From: Podarcis erhardii
Lineage: Eukaryota
Direction: 5' to 3' (one strand)
NCBI GenBank assembly: GCA_964252035.1
Contig: OZ176205.1
DNA: 64,000 nucleotides
Shown here in pieces: positions 22,904 to 36,523 of the stretch. Position 1 is the stretch's first letter; every line of letters starts with the position of its first letter. Made by a program: the position numbers and the translations under genes. The notes under the pieces were generated by a model. It worked only from the letters and a program-made list of their open reading frames with translations, was not told the origin of the DNA and ran no database searches.

Positions 22904-23125
22904 GGTACCTCTGGTTACGAACTTAATCCGTTCCAGAGGTCCATTCTTAACCTGAAACCGTTCTTAAGATGAGGTACCACTTTAGCTAATGGAGCCTCCT
23001 GCTGCCTCTGTGCCGCAGGCATGTGATTTCTGTTCTCATCCTGAGGTAAAGTTCTTAACCCGAGGTACTACTTCCAGGTTAGCAGAGTCTGTAACCTGAG
23101 GTGTTTGTAACCCGAGGTACCACAG
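22900..23125. mobile_element. Tc1/mariner-type MITE, family A variant, with the left TSD replaced by (CA)n
   Basis: CAGTGGTACCTCTGGTTA...TAACCCGAGGTACCACAG-TA; the (CA)n tract 22853-22900 abuts the left end. Confidence 0.88.
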
Positions 23126-24599
23126 TAAATATATTCAGTAACTAAATGAAATAAACTGGCTGCTATAAAGCTAGAGTTGCTGGTAGATTGCTAGGGCAGA
23201 GGGATGAACAGACCAAAAAGTCTAAGGCCACCAGATTATTTGTTAATTTCTTTTATTGTTGATAAATAAATCCAACACACAACTCTTTTTTCTAAAAATT
23301 AAATCTCAATTTGAAGATCATTACAGCTTCTGGAAGAACAATATCGATGCCCTTCTGAATAACCCTGCTTAAACCACGCTCAGCATTTTTGGCTCAGGTG
23401 GAGAAACTGGGCTGATGCTGCTCCCACAAGCAACGGAGATCTCTTTTGTGTCTCTTTTGCTTTCCTACTCCAAAGTGGTTACAGCCGCACAGTAGCTCCC
23501 CAGCTAGGAGGCGAAAGCCATGTGACAAAGAACACGGCAAGCAACACAGCAGCAGGGAGAAGCCAGAGAACAAGGAGCAGGCTAGTTGAGCACAGCATGC
23601 TGGGAATTTTCTGCAGGTCAAATTTCCACCATGCATGCATAATCTGGGCTTCATTACTGGCATCTTAATTGGGTGGAGTGGGAAGGGGGGGAATCAGTTA
23701 TGGAAATCATGCCTCAGCAAAGCCAGAGAAAGGTGGGGTCAGGGAACCCTGGAAGGCATGTCTGGAGCAAGGAGAGGATTGTCTCAGCTTCCTGGAAGCA
23801 TTAAGCAGCCTCTCCATCTTTTTCTTTTTCTAAATCAAGCTTGCACAAGGCTGCAAAGCTACCCAGTCTCCACAGGATGGCACCAGCCCAGAAACGCTGG
23901 ACGACCCAGCAAAGTTGATTTTACTTTACCTCTTATTCTAAAGCCCAAGAGCCTCAAATTTGCTGCATCCATTAGGTACAAAGATTTTAACCAAGAGATG
24001 ATTTGCAAACCAGCTCAAGTACACCCTTCATAAGTATCAAAAGAACCTGCCTCAGCTGTGCAAATTTAACATATCATCAAGTGCATATGATGATCTCTCA
24101 ACTACCAACAAGCACGCAGCGCCAAAAGGATAAGAATCCCATTACAAAATATTTTATCTGTAAGTTGCCAAACAATGGTGGGTGATATCCAATATTGATT
24201 ACAGTAAATCCACTTAAGTGCATTAATTTCAATGGGCCTTACTCTAAGTATGTCTAAGATAAAATATTACCCAGTGTCATAATAAAATAAAACAAAAACC
24301 ACAGAATAAAAACAGGATAAAAATTCCAGCGGTAGAAACAGCACACAGCATCACTAAAAACATATACAGATCTAAAAATCAGTGGATTGCAAATGTATTC
24401 ACCTGCCACTGAAAAGACCACAAGGAAGGTGCCAGGCAATCGTCTCTGGGGGTGGCATTCTATAACCAAGTGCCAATACAAAGAAGGTCCTTTACCTGGT
24501 AGCTAACCACATAATTTCTCTTGGTGGGGGCACCTGCAGCAGAGCCTCTCAATATTTAAATTAGTACAGGAGGAGGAGATCCATCAGGTAAAATTGTCT

Positions 24600-25030
24600 C
24601 AAGCTTTTTAGGCTTTAAACGACAAGATCTGCACACTGACTTAGGCTAGGAAGTGAACTGGAAGCCACTGCAGAGATTAGCATGATAAATTCTAAGAAGC
24701 CAAAATGGGGAAGGGTCAAGGGGGCAGGTGGCCAGATACAATTTTTCAAGCAGCTGGTCACATCCTCAGGCCACAATAATTGAAAGTGATCCAGTACAAA
24801 TGAAATGGACAGTGCACTGGACACCACCACTGTCTAAACACTTTTGTCTCTAAAGTGCCTTGTAAAGTTGTTGCAGCAGGTCTCCAAAGATGTCAGAGCA
24901 ATGCTCTCTTGCCTGGATGACAAAACCTCATTCATCTGCCAGATGGATGTGATGGTGGCGGAGAACCAAGCTTTCTTCACTACCGTATGGTAGTCCCGAT
25001 GGTGCAACCTCGTCTGTACTGAGATGTATG
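24600..25030 (-). mobile_element. Degraded L2-clade LINE ORF2 (inter-domain/RT-proximal) fragment
   Basis: Minus frames contain RDYHTVVKKAWFSA and ATCPLDP-like segments resembling L2 ORF2 (TCPLDPCPSWL); multiple stops. Confidence 0.45.
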
Positions 25031-28000
25031 CCACCTGAGCTCTAGCTGCTGACCCTCATATTTTGTCACGTGCTGGTCACTAGAGTACCATGTTGACCTA
25101 CACACTCCAGAGATAGCAAATAGTACTCAGGAGCAATTGTGTCAACGGCTCTGTGCATCTCACCATTCCACAAGTGAGACTTGAGCTTTAGCCATGTCAG
25201 CTAGAAAATCCCTCCCAGCATTCAGGAAGCCATCAGATTCCATTAAGTCTCAGAGGGCAGACCATATCAATAGGTAACTCCACTCTTGCAGAAGAGAGTA
25301 GCTGCATCCAAACCACGTGTTAGTCGTTTTTAAAGCATTATTTGTACATTTATGCAATGTAAAGTTAATTCATCCCCTTAACTAAAACCACACAAACATG
25401 TAAGATTTCTCAGGTGCCTACCCATCAATACTGTGCACAGCTGCCTTCTGCTGTAAACTAGCAGAACTGAGCACAGTGCTGGAGAAAAAGGAATATATTT
25501 GCAAAAATCATGGCACACCACTTGAGCAATGCTTCATTTGTTATGCAGCTTTACTTGCCACATTATCTTCTTACTGTCCAGGAGCTTAAGTCCCAGTTGT
25601 ATATCTCCTTTCTTATTATTCTTCATCTATCATCAGTACTATTTTTTTCTGCATGTTTCTTCCTAACTCATCCTGCTTTACAACCTATTCATTTGTGCCT
25701 CCATGTTGTTGCTTTGATGGGGATAAAGGCTACATTCCTACAAAGCAGGTTTTTCTTTGTGCCCCAAACCCTTTTTTGACCTCCAATAACCAATTGTGTA
25801 CTTTCACAGTGGCACTTTGGCAGGCCATCTCATGAGGGACATGAATTTTACCATCACCACTAAGCACATGCCTCTCCTCTATCCCTAAAAGAGCTGCCAG
25901 ATTTTGTTCCTTTACTGCACTATTCCTGTGTGCAAAACCTCCCAGCATCCCAGTTTAAGATCCACCTGTACACTTTGACAAGCAGATATGCCAACATCCC
26001 CGCTTCTGCATTAAATATACAGAGATTAAAATCTCTGTTTAATCTCAAACAAGGCTGCCTAATTTTCTAATGAAGCTGCAGTTTTCTCATGAAGATAAGG
26101 GTGTTTTTGCCGGTGTACTACATTAAGTGTTTCGACTGTTTAATTTGAACTTCATTGCCAATTATTAGAAATGGACAGATTTTATGTTTCATTCCATTAT
26201 GGTTTTTATGTTAACTCAGTATACTATTGATATTCCTTATCAAGATGCAAAATCATCCCATAAGCAGAAGCAGGAGCATCAAGCTACATTCAACACAGCC
26301 AGAAATAAACATTTCCTAACAGGTGAGACTATCAGACTGGGCAACTGAATCATCACTGAGGCTGTTCTAAGTAGCCGACTCTCTGCTAGTACCATTGCTG
26401 GGATTGAAGCATCTGCCTATTACCCTGCTCTCTTTGATTTATTTTCATTTTCCCAAGTGTGACACATTCCTCCAACGAGGCTGAAACAAAATCAAGTTCC
26501 AATTATGCATCCTTTCCGTCTGGGTTCTCCTGGGAATTCTCAGAGACACATAACACATACAGGAGAAAAGCTGTTACCGAATCCACAAAATCCACTTCAA
26601 TCTACTTTAGAACAGATACTATCCATGGTAGCCTCAAGCTACACAGCTGACAGAGTAAGAAATGCAAGGACCACAAATGCTCCACTGTATAGCCACAGCC
26701 AAGTTTTGCTGGACTGTCGGCAGCAGATTTCAATCAGAGGTTGACAAATATCTCTTACCCATCACGTACTTTTCAGCTATGAAAAGTGACTCATTCAGAC
26801 CCACGAGGCCAGATTTGCAAAAACAAACAAGCAAAAAGATGCATAAACAACTTCTGCATTGCAGTTGAAATCACAATTGCGCTAGCAGTACTACAGTACT
26901 AATCTTGGTACTAGCAGCTTGTCAGTATGCCATTATGTATTCACATCACAGCAACAATCTGTTAATTTGTCCACAGCAGATTTCTAAAAGTAAAGCTAGA
27001 CCTTTAAGGTGCAAGATAACCTCAGGGACTCTGGGACTTGAAGCAGAAGCCTGAGGGCCTTAGGCTGGACCCAGCCTGAAACGCTACTATGAGCTGTGTG
27101 TGCTAAAGCCTCAGAGCCTTCTTCAGATACAGAAAGGAGGAGGTACATGTAGTATCAGCCACCTGGTAGCATAAAACCCCTGGACTGCTGGCCTTCTGCC
27201 TTTCTCTCGTCAACAAAGCTGTACTGCCTTGCTTACTGGTACTTCATGAACAAGATACCTACTCAAACCCTCCAGGTCCAGATTATGCTATGGCCACCCA
27301 CACCCCTGAATGGGCTCCAACTGGATCCACTATATGATCATGCAAATTTGATAATAAAATCTGGAACTTAGTGGTGATCCCTCCTAGTATGTGTCTGCAA
27401 TAGTCCTCAGTGTACAAACTGGGTAACCTGGTAGACGAAGCTCAAGTTTGCAGGGAAGGTTATCCTGAGTAAAAAGAAAGGGCAAGCTCACAGAACTAGT
27501 ATGCAGGAGAGGACACTAGCAGAAAGCACATTCAGGTGAAGGATCCATAACTAGTCAACATACACTGCTGAGTCACATGGTAGAAAGTGGCATGCCTGCA
27601 ACACGGAGCAGGGAGTGCATATCGTTCTTCTAAAAGGCAAACAGTTATTTCTAGCTTGAGGCAAGCTACTCTTGCGAAGAAAACTGTTCTTCCCAGCTAC
27701 AAAAAAACAACCCTTGTTGTTACTGCAGAGTTACTCACCAGAGTGGGTGAGTGGGTAGAGAAGGCTGGTTTAAAAACTTTCCACCAGGTATTTGCTACTT
27801 GCTGAATCTAGGCACAGCCCTCAGTTCCCAAGAGCAGATTCAAAAAACTATCTCCCTGCCTGTTTTCTCAACATCACGTGGTTTGACCTGATGATGAGAC
27901 ATGTGGAACTTGTTCTAATGGTAAGGCTCATAAGGTAGAATTCAATATCGCACACTTCCAATCATTCCATCAGTACAGCATTGGAGCCTTCCAAATGGAA

Positions 28001-28889
28001 TGGTCTTCTCTCCTCTCACTGTATACTGTTCTGAAGGTTTTCCTGACTCACACCCACCCTTGGACGTGAAAGAGGAAGAGAGAAGGAAATCCCTGTTGTA
28101 CAAGCAGAAATCATTGCACAGGGCTTCTGCTGAAAGGAGTGATTAGATGAATCCCACCCATGGTTCAGTGGTTCAGAGTGCTGGACTAGGCTCTGAGAGA
28201 CTCATGTTCAAATTCCCATTCAGCCATGAATCTTACTCAATGATCTTGGGCTGCAAATATAAAATGGTGATGGGGGAACCATATGTGCTGCCTTGAGCTC
28301 CCTTGGGTAAAGATGGGATATAAATGTGGTGGTGGTGATGTCGTCTGGCTGGCCCAAATTTATTTATTCTTCCTCATCACTTAGGCGGAGGGCTATCATT
28401 CTTGACAGCAATATACCAGGGGAAATACCAGGGGAAGAGGACAGCAGTTAATGGGCACGAGTAGAGCCAGTTCTCTATCCCTTAGCATTTCATGATGCAA
28501 AGGTGCAGATTGAAAGAGAGACAGGAAATGACATGGTCTCTACAGGGTGAAGCAACACCTGAAAGACAACAGCTCCCAAGGCAGGCAACATGCAAAAGCA
28601 AGAAAGGACAACAGAGCGCAGAGAGCAAGCAGATTCCCTACAGAGGAACAGAAAGCATACTTCCAAAGCATGACTGGCTGTGTTTTTATTTATTTATTTT
28701 ACTTAAATATTTTTAGCAAAGCCCTTAAAAAGCAGCTTACATAAAATAATCATACAATATCACCTTTCATTAAAAGCACCTGTTTGACACAGTACTTTAA
28801 ACCAATACGTAGGCCAGCAATGTGCCATTATAAATCAGCTAGAACAATTTCAAACAATTTCAGCAGCTCATAAAATCTTTATGAAAAAG

Positions 28890-29260
28890 CAGCTTGCAAT
28901 AAGTGGGTATTTAAGATCCCTTTAAAATCCTGTACTGATGGGTCATACACACAGATGTGTTGGGAAGGAATTTCACAGAGGAGAGGCTGCCTCTGAAAGA
29001 GTTGTGCCTTTTATGCCCGCCAATCTAAATTTTACAAAGCGGGACGTTAAAGCTTTGTAACTGCATGGGTGGGTTCATATTGGTGAAGATAGTCAGTCAG
29101 ATTAACTGGCCACAAACATTTTACGGCTTTAAAGATCAGTACTAGCACTTTAAACTGGGCCCCAAAATCTACCAACTCCCAGTGGAACTGGTAAAATATA
29201 GGCATTAAATGTCCCGACCACCTTCCACGCCGCCCCAAAATCCAAGCAGACTCATTTTGC
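28890..29260 (-). mobile_element. Older L2-clade LINE 3' fragment
   Basis: Minus frame FHWELVDFGAQFKVLVLIFKAVKCLWPVNLTDYLHQYEP matches the L2 C-terminal motif. Confidence 0.7.
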
Positions 29261-30022
29261 ACCCAGTGAATATATGGCATCTATGCCAATGCATCATGCT
29301 GAACAGGAAACATACGACTTGGGCATCTGACCAATGTATCAAAAATACAAGGTCAATTATTGTCAAATAACTGTGAATTATATTTAATCTTTGTTTATAG
29401 TGTTTTCAAAACATACATATGGAACAACAACAGAAAATAACCGTACAGCTTGGTGCAAGCCCAGCTAAACAGAGAACCCATAAAGAAGAGAGCTTCACTA
29501 GGATCAACACTAGAAATACCATGGTAACAGGTTCTTCCATAATTGGTTTTTTTGTGACCAGAGAACACCACAGTTCCACCCTGTCAAGTCACAAACACTA
29601 TTTAAGACATTAATTTATTAGAACTATAGCAAATTACACCAACTGCAAAACAAAACAAAACAAAACAAAACCAATTTCTCTAAAAAATTGACGTTTTCTA
29701 TTAGAAATAAATTCCAATTTACACGTATTGGCACTGACCTCGAGAAAAGTTTAGTGCAGAAATACCGCAAATCAAAAAAGTGCATCTGGTAGCAAAGGTA
29801 ATTATTTAAAAAAATCCCTCAAGGCAGTCAGATTGCCACCAGATGTCAAGCTGGAATCTGGAACTCTGTATCAGAGGATTCCTACGGCAGAAGGATTCTC
29901 TGCAAAATGAGCAGCCTGTTGAACTTCATAAGGCTGAAAGGCAGAGGTGCAAGGGGCCAGCCAAAGGAGGGAGGAAGAGGAGGAAGTATTTCTGGGGTTC
30001 TCGTGACTGGCTAAAAATCATA

Positions 30023-30317
30023 CAGTGGTGCCCCGCAAGACGAATGCCTTGCAAGACGAAAAACCCGCTAAACGAAAGGGTTTTCCGTTTTTCGAGGCGC
30101 TTCGCAAGACGAATTTCCCTATGGGCTTGCTTCGCAAGACGAAAATGTCTTGCGAGTTCCTGCGATTTTTTTCGCTCCCCCCCCCTTTTTCTAAGCCGCT
30201 AAGCCGCTAATAGCGCTAATCCACTAAGCCGCTAATAGGGTTGCTTCGCAAGACGAAAAAACCACAAGATGAAGAGACTCGCGGAACGGATTCTTTTCGT
30301 CTTGCGAGGCACCACTG
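30023..30317. mobile_element. Tc1/mariner-type MITE, family C (young, CpG-rich)
   Basis: TA-CAGTGGTGCCCCGCAAGACGAA...TTCGTCTTGCGAGGCACCACTG-TA; internal repeats of GCAAGACGAA and CTAAGCCG. Confidence 0.88.
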
Positions 30318-30835
30318 TACCAGTACACACCTTATAAGCCCAGACACCTAAGAAGAGTCAGCAAATTGTTCAGTTTGGTTTAGCATTTTTAAATGTTTAA
30401 TTTATTGTTTAAGACTACTTTTGTTGCATTGAGGTTATGTATTTTTTTCATGTTGTAAACCACCTGAGCATGTTTTGAACTATGGAAAGGTGGCATACAA
30501 ATAAAAGTTTGTTTGTTTGTTTGTATGTATGCATAAAATACCTATTTTGTTCACCATCCTCTTTCATACAGCAGCCAACTAGAAATCTTTTAGAAGCTGA
30601 TAAACAGGAATCGAGACCAAGACTGTTGTTGCTTTCCAATAGCTGATATTCAGAGAGATGTTGTGTCTGAACCTGGAAGTAGGTAGCACATAACCATCAG
30701 TATCCATTCATAATCTTAGCTTCCATGAATTTGTATTCAGAAATCTGTCAGAAAGCCTTCACTCAGAAAGTATTTGGTTAATGCCACTCAAACCCCTTGT
30801 AATATCCAAATGTACATATATTATTTCTGTTACAC

Positions 30836-31035
30836 AGAGCAGGAAGGAGCGCAGAGAGAAGAAACACCATGGTTCATCTGCAGCAGCACAACCGGATGCC
30901 TTCATCTGCCCCAGCTGCAACAAAACATGTCTATCCCATACAGCAGGCGCTGAAATCTTCCAACAGTTTGACTTCACCCGCAAAAGCGCAACTCCTCCAC
31001 TGTCTCCCAAGAAAGACGGATGCCAACAATAACAA
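30836..31035 (+). mobile_element. RTE-clade LINE 3' end
   Basis: Frame ERREKKHHGSSAAAQPDAFICPSCNKTCLSH resembles the C-terminal C2H2 finger of RTE ORFs; ends in a CAA-rich tail. Confidence 0.65.
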
Positions 31036-31143
31036 AGCAACAAAGACAATCCCCACAGGATCCCTAGCATATACGACAAAGCGAGGGAAATATGAACTAA
31101 TCATCCCAATGGCATGACCTGGACAACAGATCAGGCTACCAAG

Positions 31144-31312
31144 CAGTGGCGTAGTGTGGGTTGTCAGCACCCGGGGCAAGGCAAGTAATTTGCGCCCCCT
31201 AACCCATGGATTTGCGCCCCCTAACCCGTGGATTTACGCCCCCTAACCCTAACCCCCAGATGTTGTGCCCGGTGCGGCCGGCCCCCCCTGCACCCCCCAC
31301 GCTACGCCACTG
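31144..31312. mobile_element. hAT-type MITE (169 bp) with an internal 22-bp tandem repeat
   Basis: TIR CAGTGGCGTAG(T/C)G. Perfect 8-bp TSD CTACCAAG (31136-31143; 31313-31320). Three units of ATTTGCGCCCCCTAACCC. Confidence 0.9.
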
Positions 31313-31809
31313 CTACCAAGGGAAGAGGCTCAGAACAACCACTATTTTCTCCATTTCTCCAGGAAGTTCAAGACAAGGTGCACGTGGGAAGCGAATTGCC
31401 ATCATACCAGTCTAGCAGCTATCTGAAACTAAGAATGGCAATGATCTCTTGTCAATACTTACCTAAATTCTTGGTGAGAAAACAGATGTGCATCAGCTAC
31501 ACACAAGGTACGTATCTACGTTAAAGAAAGAAAAGTCCCCTTTCGGCACAAACCGTAATCTTTATCTAAATACAATGTTTTGTTTATCTTGCCTTCCCTG
31601 TGAGCCAGCCATTTGTTTGGACAATTTTCTGAGTGATGGAGTAAGTTTCTGTATTTTTATCACATTTGTGAAATCAATCAACTGGTTTAAAATACGCAAT
31701 TCTTTAGTTTTCACACTGTTGTTTTTGTTTATTTGTGCACTATTTGGCTTTTCAGTTACTGTTCTGCCATTTCTACAACTGCCATTTTGTAATGCATTTG
31801 GCTCAATGT

Positions 31810-32189
31810 AAAAGAAAGGTAAAGGACCCCTGGATGGTTAAGTCCAGTCAAAGGCGACTTTGAGATGAGATGCGCATCTCGCTTTCAAGCCGAGGGAGCC
31901 GACATTTGTTCACAGACAGCTTTCCGGGTCATGTGGCCAGCATGACTAAACCGCTTCTAGCGCAACAGAGCACTGTGATGAGTGCCAGAGTGCACGGAAA
32001 TGCCGTTTACTTCCCGCCGCAGTGGTACCTATTTATCTACTTGCACTGGTGTGCTTTTGAACTGCTAGGTTGGCAGGAGCTGGGACAGAGCAACGGGAGC
32101 TTAGCCCGTCACAGGGATTTGAACCACTGACCTTCTGATTAGCAAGCCCAAGAGGCTCAGTGGTTTAGGTCACAGCGCCACCCGCATCC
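31810..32189 (-). mobile_element. Sauria SINE (older subfamily)
   Basis: tRNA-like head, Bov-B-related tail ending (ACCTTT)n on the minus strand; 13-bp TSD TTTGGCTCAATGT (31797-31809; 32190-32202). Confidence 0.92.
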
Positions 32190-32439
32190 TTTGGCTCAAT
32201 GTGCCCTGGATGGCACCGTATGGAAACCCCCTGAGTTTCCACACAATCTAATCAGTGCCTGCTGTGTTTCCCATCAACACACCTGTACTGAGACACATTC
32301 GGCATTAAAAAAATGGGCCAGCTACTGAACACATGGTTTTGTTTTGTTTTTAGTTCACCCAACAACCAGGGAAAACCTGAAGATGAACTAAAAGGGAAGT
32401 TAGTTTTTAAACCCACAAAGATATTTTTAATGTTGTTTT

Positions 32440-32830
32440 TTTAAAAAACATATTTCTTATTAAAGATTTCTTGGTTTACAAAAGTATGTGCAATGTCTTT
32501 TCCCCCAAGTTACATTTTCTACAGATCGGTTTCATTTGTTGAGACATTAGTATTACATTAGGAAGAAAAGGGGAAAAGAGGTGGAGGGGGGCTTGGTGAC
32601 TGGGGTCGGGTGGCAATGTTTCTGTTCTACTTAATGTATGTGGGGGGGTTTGTGTCGGTGTCGCTTGTGCAGGTTCTCTTTACTATTCGCTTGCATTCCT
32701 TTGGTGGTAAGAGAGGTTAGGGTTGGCCTAGAGTGTGGTTGTTTGTTTTTTGATTGGCTGTGGTGAACTTTTTATTTTCATGTGTGAGTGGGGTGGGTGT
32801 GTTGATATTTATGAATAGGTATTTTTAATG
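32440..32830 (-). mobile_element. Probable L1/Tx1 LINE 3' UTR
   Basis: Minus strand is C/A-rich and ends ...GTAAACCAAGAAATCTTTAATAAGAAATATGTTTTTTAAAAAAA, typical of a polyadenylated LINE tail. Confidence 0.4.
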
Positions 32831-35800
32831 TTTAGATTTTGAAACACCATTTAATCCATTTTAAAAACATGCAACTGCTCCCACGTTATCTCTCTGTCAC
32901 ACACACACACACACACACACAACATGCACACACACCTGCAATTATACACACACCTGCAATTAGACCATGCACACACACTTGCAAACAATATTATAGAAGA
33001 GCATGCATACTACTTTATACAGAGTATAAAGTACTGGTTCATTTGGCCTAGCGCCATCTTCTTTCCCAGCAGCAGATTCCTAGGATCTCAGCTCCCAGCC
33101 CTGAGGCCTGAAATCTTTAAAAATGAACTAACACCAGGTAAAGCCATGAATTGAACCTGCATGCAAAAGATGCGCTTTACCATTGAGCTATGGGTTTTTC
33201 CCTGTGTAACATATGTGTTAACATTTATCACATCTCCAAAACTTAGCAGACTCAAAAACTCCGAAATGATACCTTGTTTAGAGAAGAAAAGGTTAATGTG
33301 TAAAATAAGTACAATGACTAGAATAAAACTGAACAGCTGCACAACCCGGGCCTTGGACATCTCATTCAAAATCCTGCCCATTTCCGATTAAATCTTCAGG
33401 TCACTGAAGGAATACTCACAAGAGTTTTAAAGCCTGTTTTTTACAGGCTGCAAAGTTAGTTGTGTCCATAAAACCGTTGACTTTGCTTTATGGCAAGGAT
33501 TTTAATGCCATTTCATGGGTTCACAGATGTTTTGCCATCCAATCAGCAGCTAGAAGCATCCCTCCTCAATTGCCACAAAGCATACTAATTTCCCTCAAGA
33601 ACCAAGGTGTCCTTTCAAAAACAACACCATTTAACTGAATATTGAAGCCATGCCCCTGACTCCATACACATGACTCCTTCCCAGCACCTTTTAGTGAAAG
33701 CTATACTTCCAAATGCACAAACCACCCAAACGAATTGTTTATATTGAGTCAAAAACAAGCCTGAACTAAGCAGGCTTCCCAATGAAAAATATCACACAGA
33801 GAGATGGCAATTTTACAGACACAGCAGAGTCTCTATCAGTAACAGTCATCAAGCTGGGACTGGTCAGAGGTTTTAGCTGTCTTAGAACGTGGCAGCATCA
33901 ATCCTGACAGATATGAGTCAATGGAACCACATTGTACTAGCCCTTCAGAATCTGCGCTGCCATTATGGTTTATCCTAATACAGTACAGATATTGTCCCAA
34001 TAAAGATTTTGGACAGTTTGGGGATACATACCATGTTACTGCAGAAAAGCTGTGATTGCTAATACTATCAGAACTGTCATCTAGCCCAACCCCCTGCAAT
34101 CACACACACACCCAAACCCACCCAAAGAGGACGATGAAAGTAATCTTGCAAGCAATTCAGCACACTTATGCACTGACTCTAATGCTCCCAGTGTCACAAT
34201 TCAATGGATACCAAGGATTATATAAGCCGCTCTGCCAATAAGCCACTCCACTTTTACATTCTAACATCCTGATAGCAGAATAACAGATATACAACAACTG
34301 TCTTATTTTAAATTCTGCTTTTGAAGCAGCAATTTCAGAGTAAGTTTTGCAGTAGAAGCTAAGACCAACGACTGCGGCTCCATGTTCACTACACCAATAT
34401 CCAAAACGACATTAGTTACGTGGAACTAAAACTGACACTAAACTATTGTCTGGGATGAGGCAAACAGTACCAGAGTTATATGTTCTATCTGATCTGTGCT
34501 GGCTACCTTCTAGTTTCTGAGCTAGATTCAATGTGGTGATCCAAATCTTTACAACCCTAAAAGGCCTGAGACCTGGGTACCTTAAAACCCACCTTATGTT
34601 TCTTCCTTAAGCTTTCCACTCCATATTGGATACTTCTTTTCCACATTCCCCTGCTAAGTATAATGCAGTGGCTGGGCACATGAGCAAGTGTTTTCTGTTG
34701 TGGCTCCTACACTCTGGAATACTGATGAACAACCACTAGCTCCCCGTTAACCTATTTTTTGTCATGGGAAGGGTAGCATTTTGGCTTTAAATTTTGGCCA
34801 TGGCTGGTTTTTGTGTATGTTTCCCCCCAGTGCCTTTTTCATTGATTTATTTTATCTGTTATACTGTATATATTTTATCTGTTATACTGTGGCCATTTTG
34901 GTGATGATAGTTTATGGGGGTGGGTTTGTCTTATGATGTTACTGTTTTCTCTCACACTTATTTCAGTTTTGTAATTTGACATTTTGTTGGTGCTTTACAG
35001 TGACTTTCCTAGCAGCCTCAGACGTTTAGGGAAAGGAGGGCATTGTTTTTAAAATTAAAATGTGTTTACTTGCAAGAAAAATGGGGTAAATATACTTAAA
35101 AACAAGTAAGTAAATCGCACGTTTACACATGCCATTTATGACTTGCAGTGTATTTCCAATACAACCCACAATACTGGAAAGCTTGCCGAATTTCAGTCTA
35201 TATGCAAAACAGCAACCTGGACAGGTTAGGGCTTTGAACGGGAACCTGCAGGTACAGCTGCCATATAAGAGATTTTGGCTGGCAGCAAGGCTGTTAATTG
35301 ATGTACATGACTTGAAGCATCGCCACCTGTCTTGTTGCCCTTCTCCAATTCCACAAAGTAAGCAGAGATGCATACAGCATCTCAGGTCTGCGAGGAAAGC
35401 TCGCAGCTTTTGTTCACAGCTAGGGCAGCTCAGCCGGACATGTCTTGGCCAGCAAAAGCGGCTGCCACTTGAAAGCAAGGTATCTGTGGTGCAATCCAGT
35501 GGGAACTCAAACAACAACATTCCTGTGGACTGAAGGGGAGTGGGGGAAGGGCTTCTCTGTGAAAGATGCAGCCAGCCATGCCAGGCAATTCCACAGAGGA
35601 ATGTCTCCTCCCCTTCCCCGGAATTTGCTAAGATGCTTGAAAGGAGAGAGGGACAGGTGCGTTTTGCAGCAGAGAGAGATAATTCAGCGCCTTCAGATAT
35701 GGAGGAAGCAAACCTCCTCTCCACAGCATTCTGCAGCAAGTTCTGTTTATGTCTACACTGCAGCTGCCGGGCTCTTGTACGGAGTGGGTGGGGGTGTGCA

Positions 35801-36523
35801 TTTGCTGAGGGAAACCAAGCTGAAACTCCAGCATGGCAGCTCTGTTGTGTTCTCACTTCACTGCCTCGGGAATCAGAGCCGCAAAGCCTAGCAGGATGTG
35901 ACCCAGGCCTCCTAGGAAGCCAACAGGCCCCGCTTTCCCTGCACTCCCTTCCCCAATGCCCCACCTTCCTTCCATTGTTGGGGCACACAGAAGGATGCAG
36001 GGATTTGTGCCAAGTAGAAAACAAAACAGCAGCGCAGTAGCAAGGGCAGCAAGGCAATCAAAGCACAGGGCTCACAGCCGACAGGCATGCAAAAATGTGC
36101 TGGCCCAAGGAAAAGTAGGCAGGGGCAGTGTGTCTGTGCGTACACTGCCCTTTAAAACAAATCACACTGAAATTCAGCAGCAAGGTAATCCAAATTCTGC
36201 ACCAAAAGAAGCTAACTGTACACATGATGCACGTCTATTTTGATTGAACTACTGAAGTATGTAAAAGAAAGCAGGTTTGCATGGGGATGCTGCGGCCCTC
36301 CAAATGTTTGTTGGGCTTCAACCCCCAACATCACTGACCACTGACCATGCTGGCTGAGGCTGATAAGAGCTGGAATCCAACAACATCAGTAGAGCCACAG
36401 GTTCCTTATCCCTGCTTATTTTAAGATCAGAATTAAGAAAGAAGAATTTTTTGAAATGGGGATATTTAAACAGGGCTATTGTTCTGTGAACATTTTTTTT
36501 TACTGCATTGTACATTGCTTTGG

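Noticed and set aside
27088-27132. Third hammerhead-like remnant on the minus strand (GTATCTGAAGAAG...CACACACAGCTCATA)
   Set aside because: CUGAAGA and GCUCAUA survive but the essential GAAA is absent; at best a decayed PLE remnant.
29836-29849. CTCF-like motif CCACCAGATGTCAA
   Set aside because: Single imperfect match without supporting context; such hits are expected by chance.
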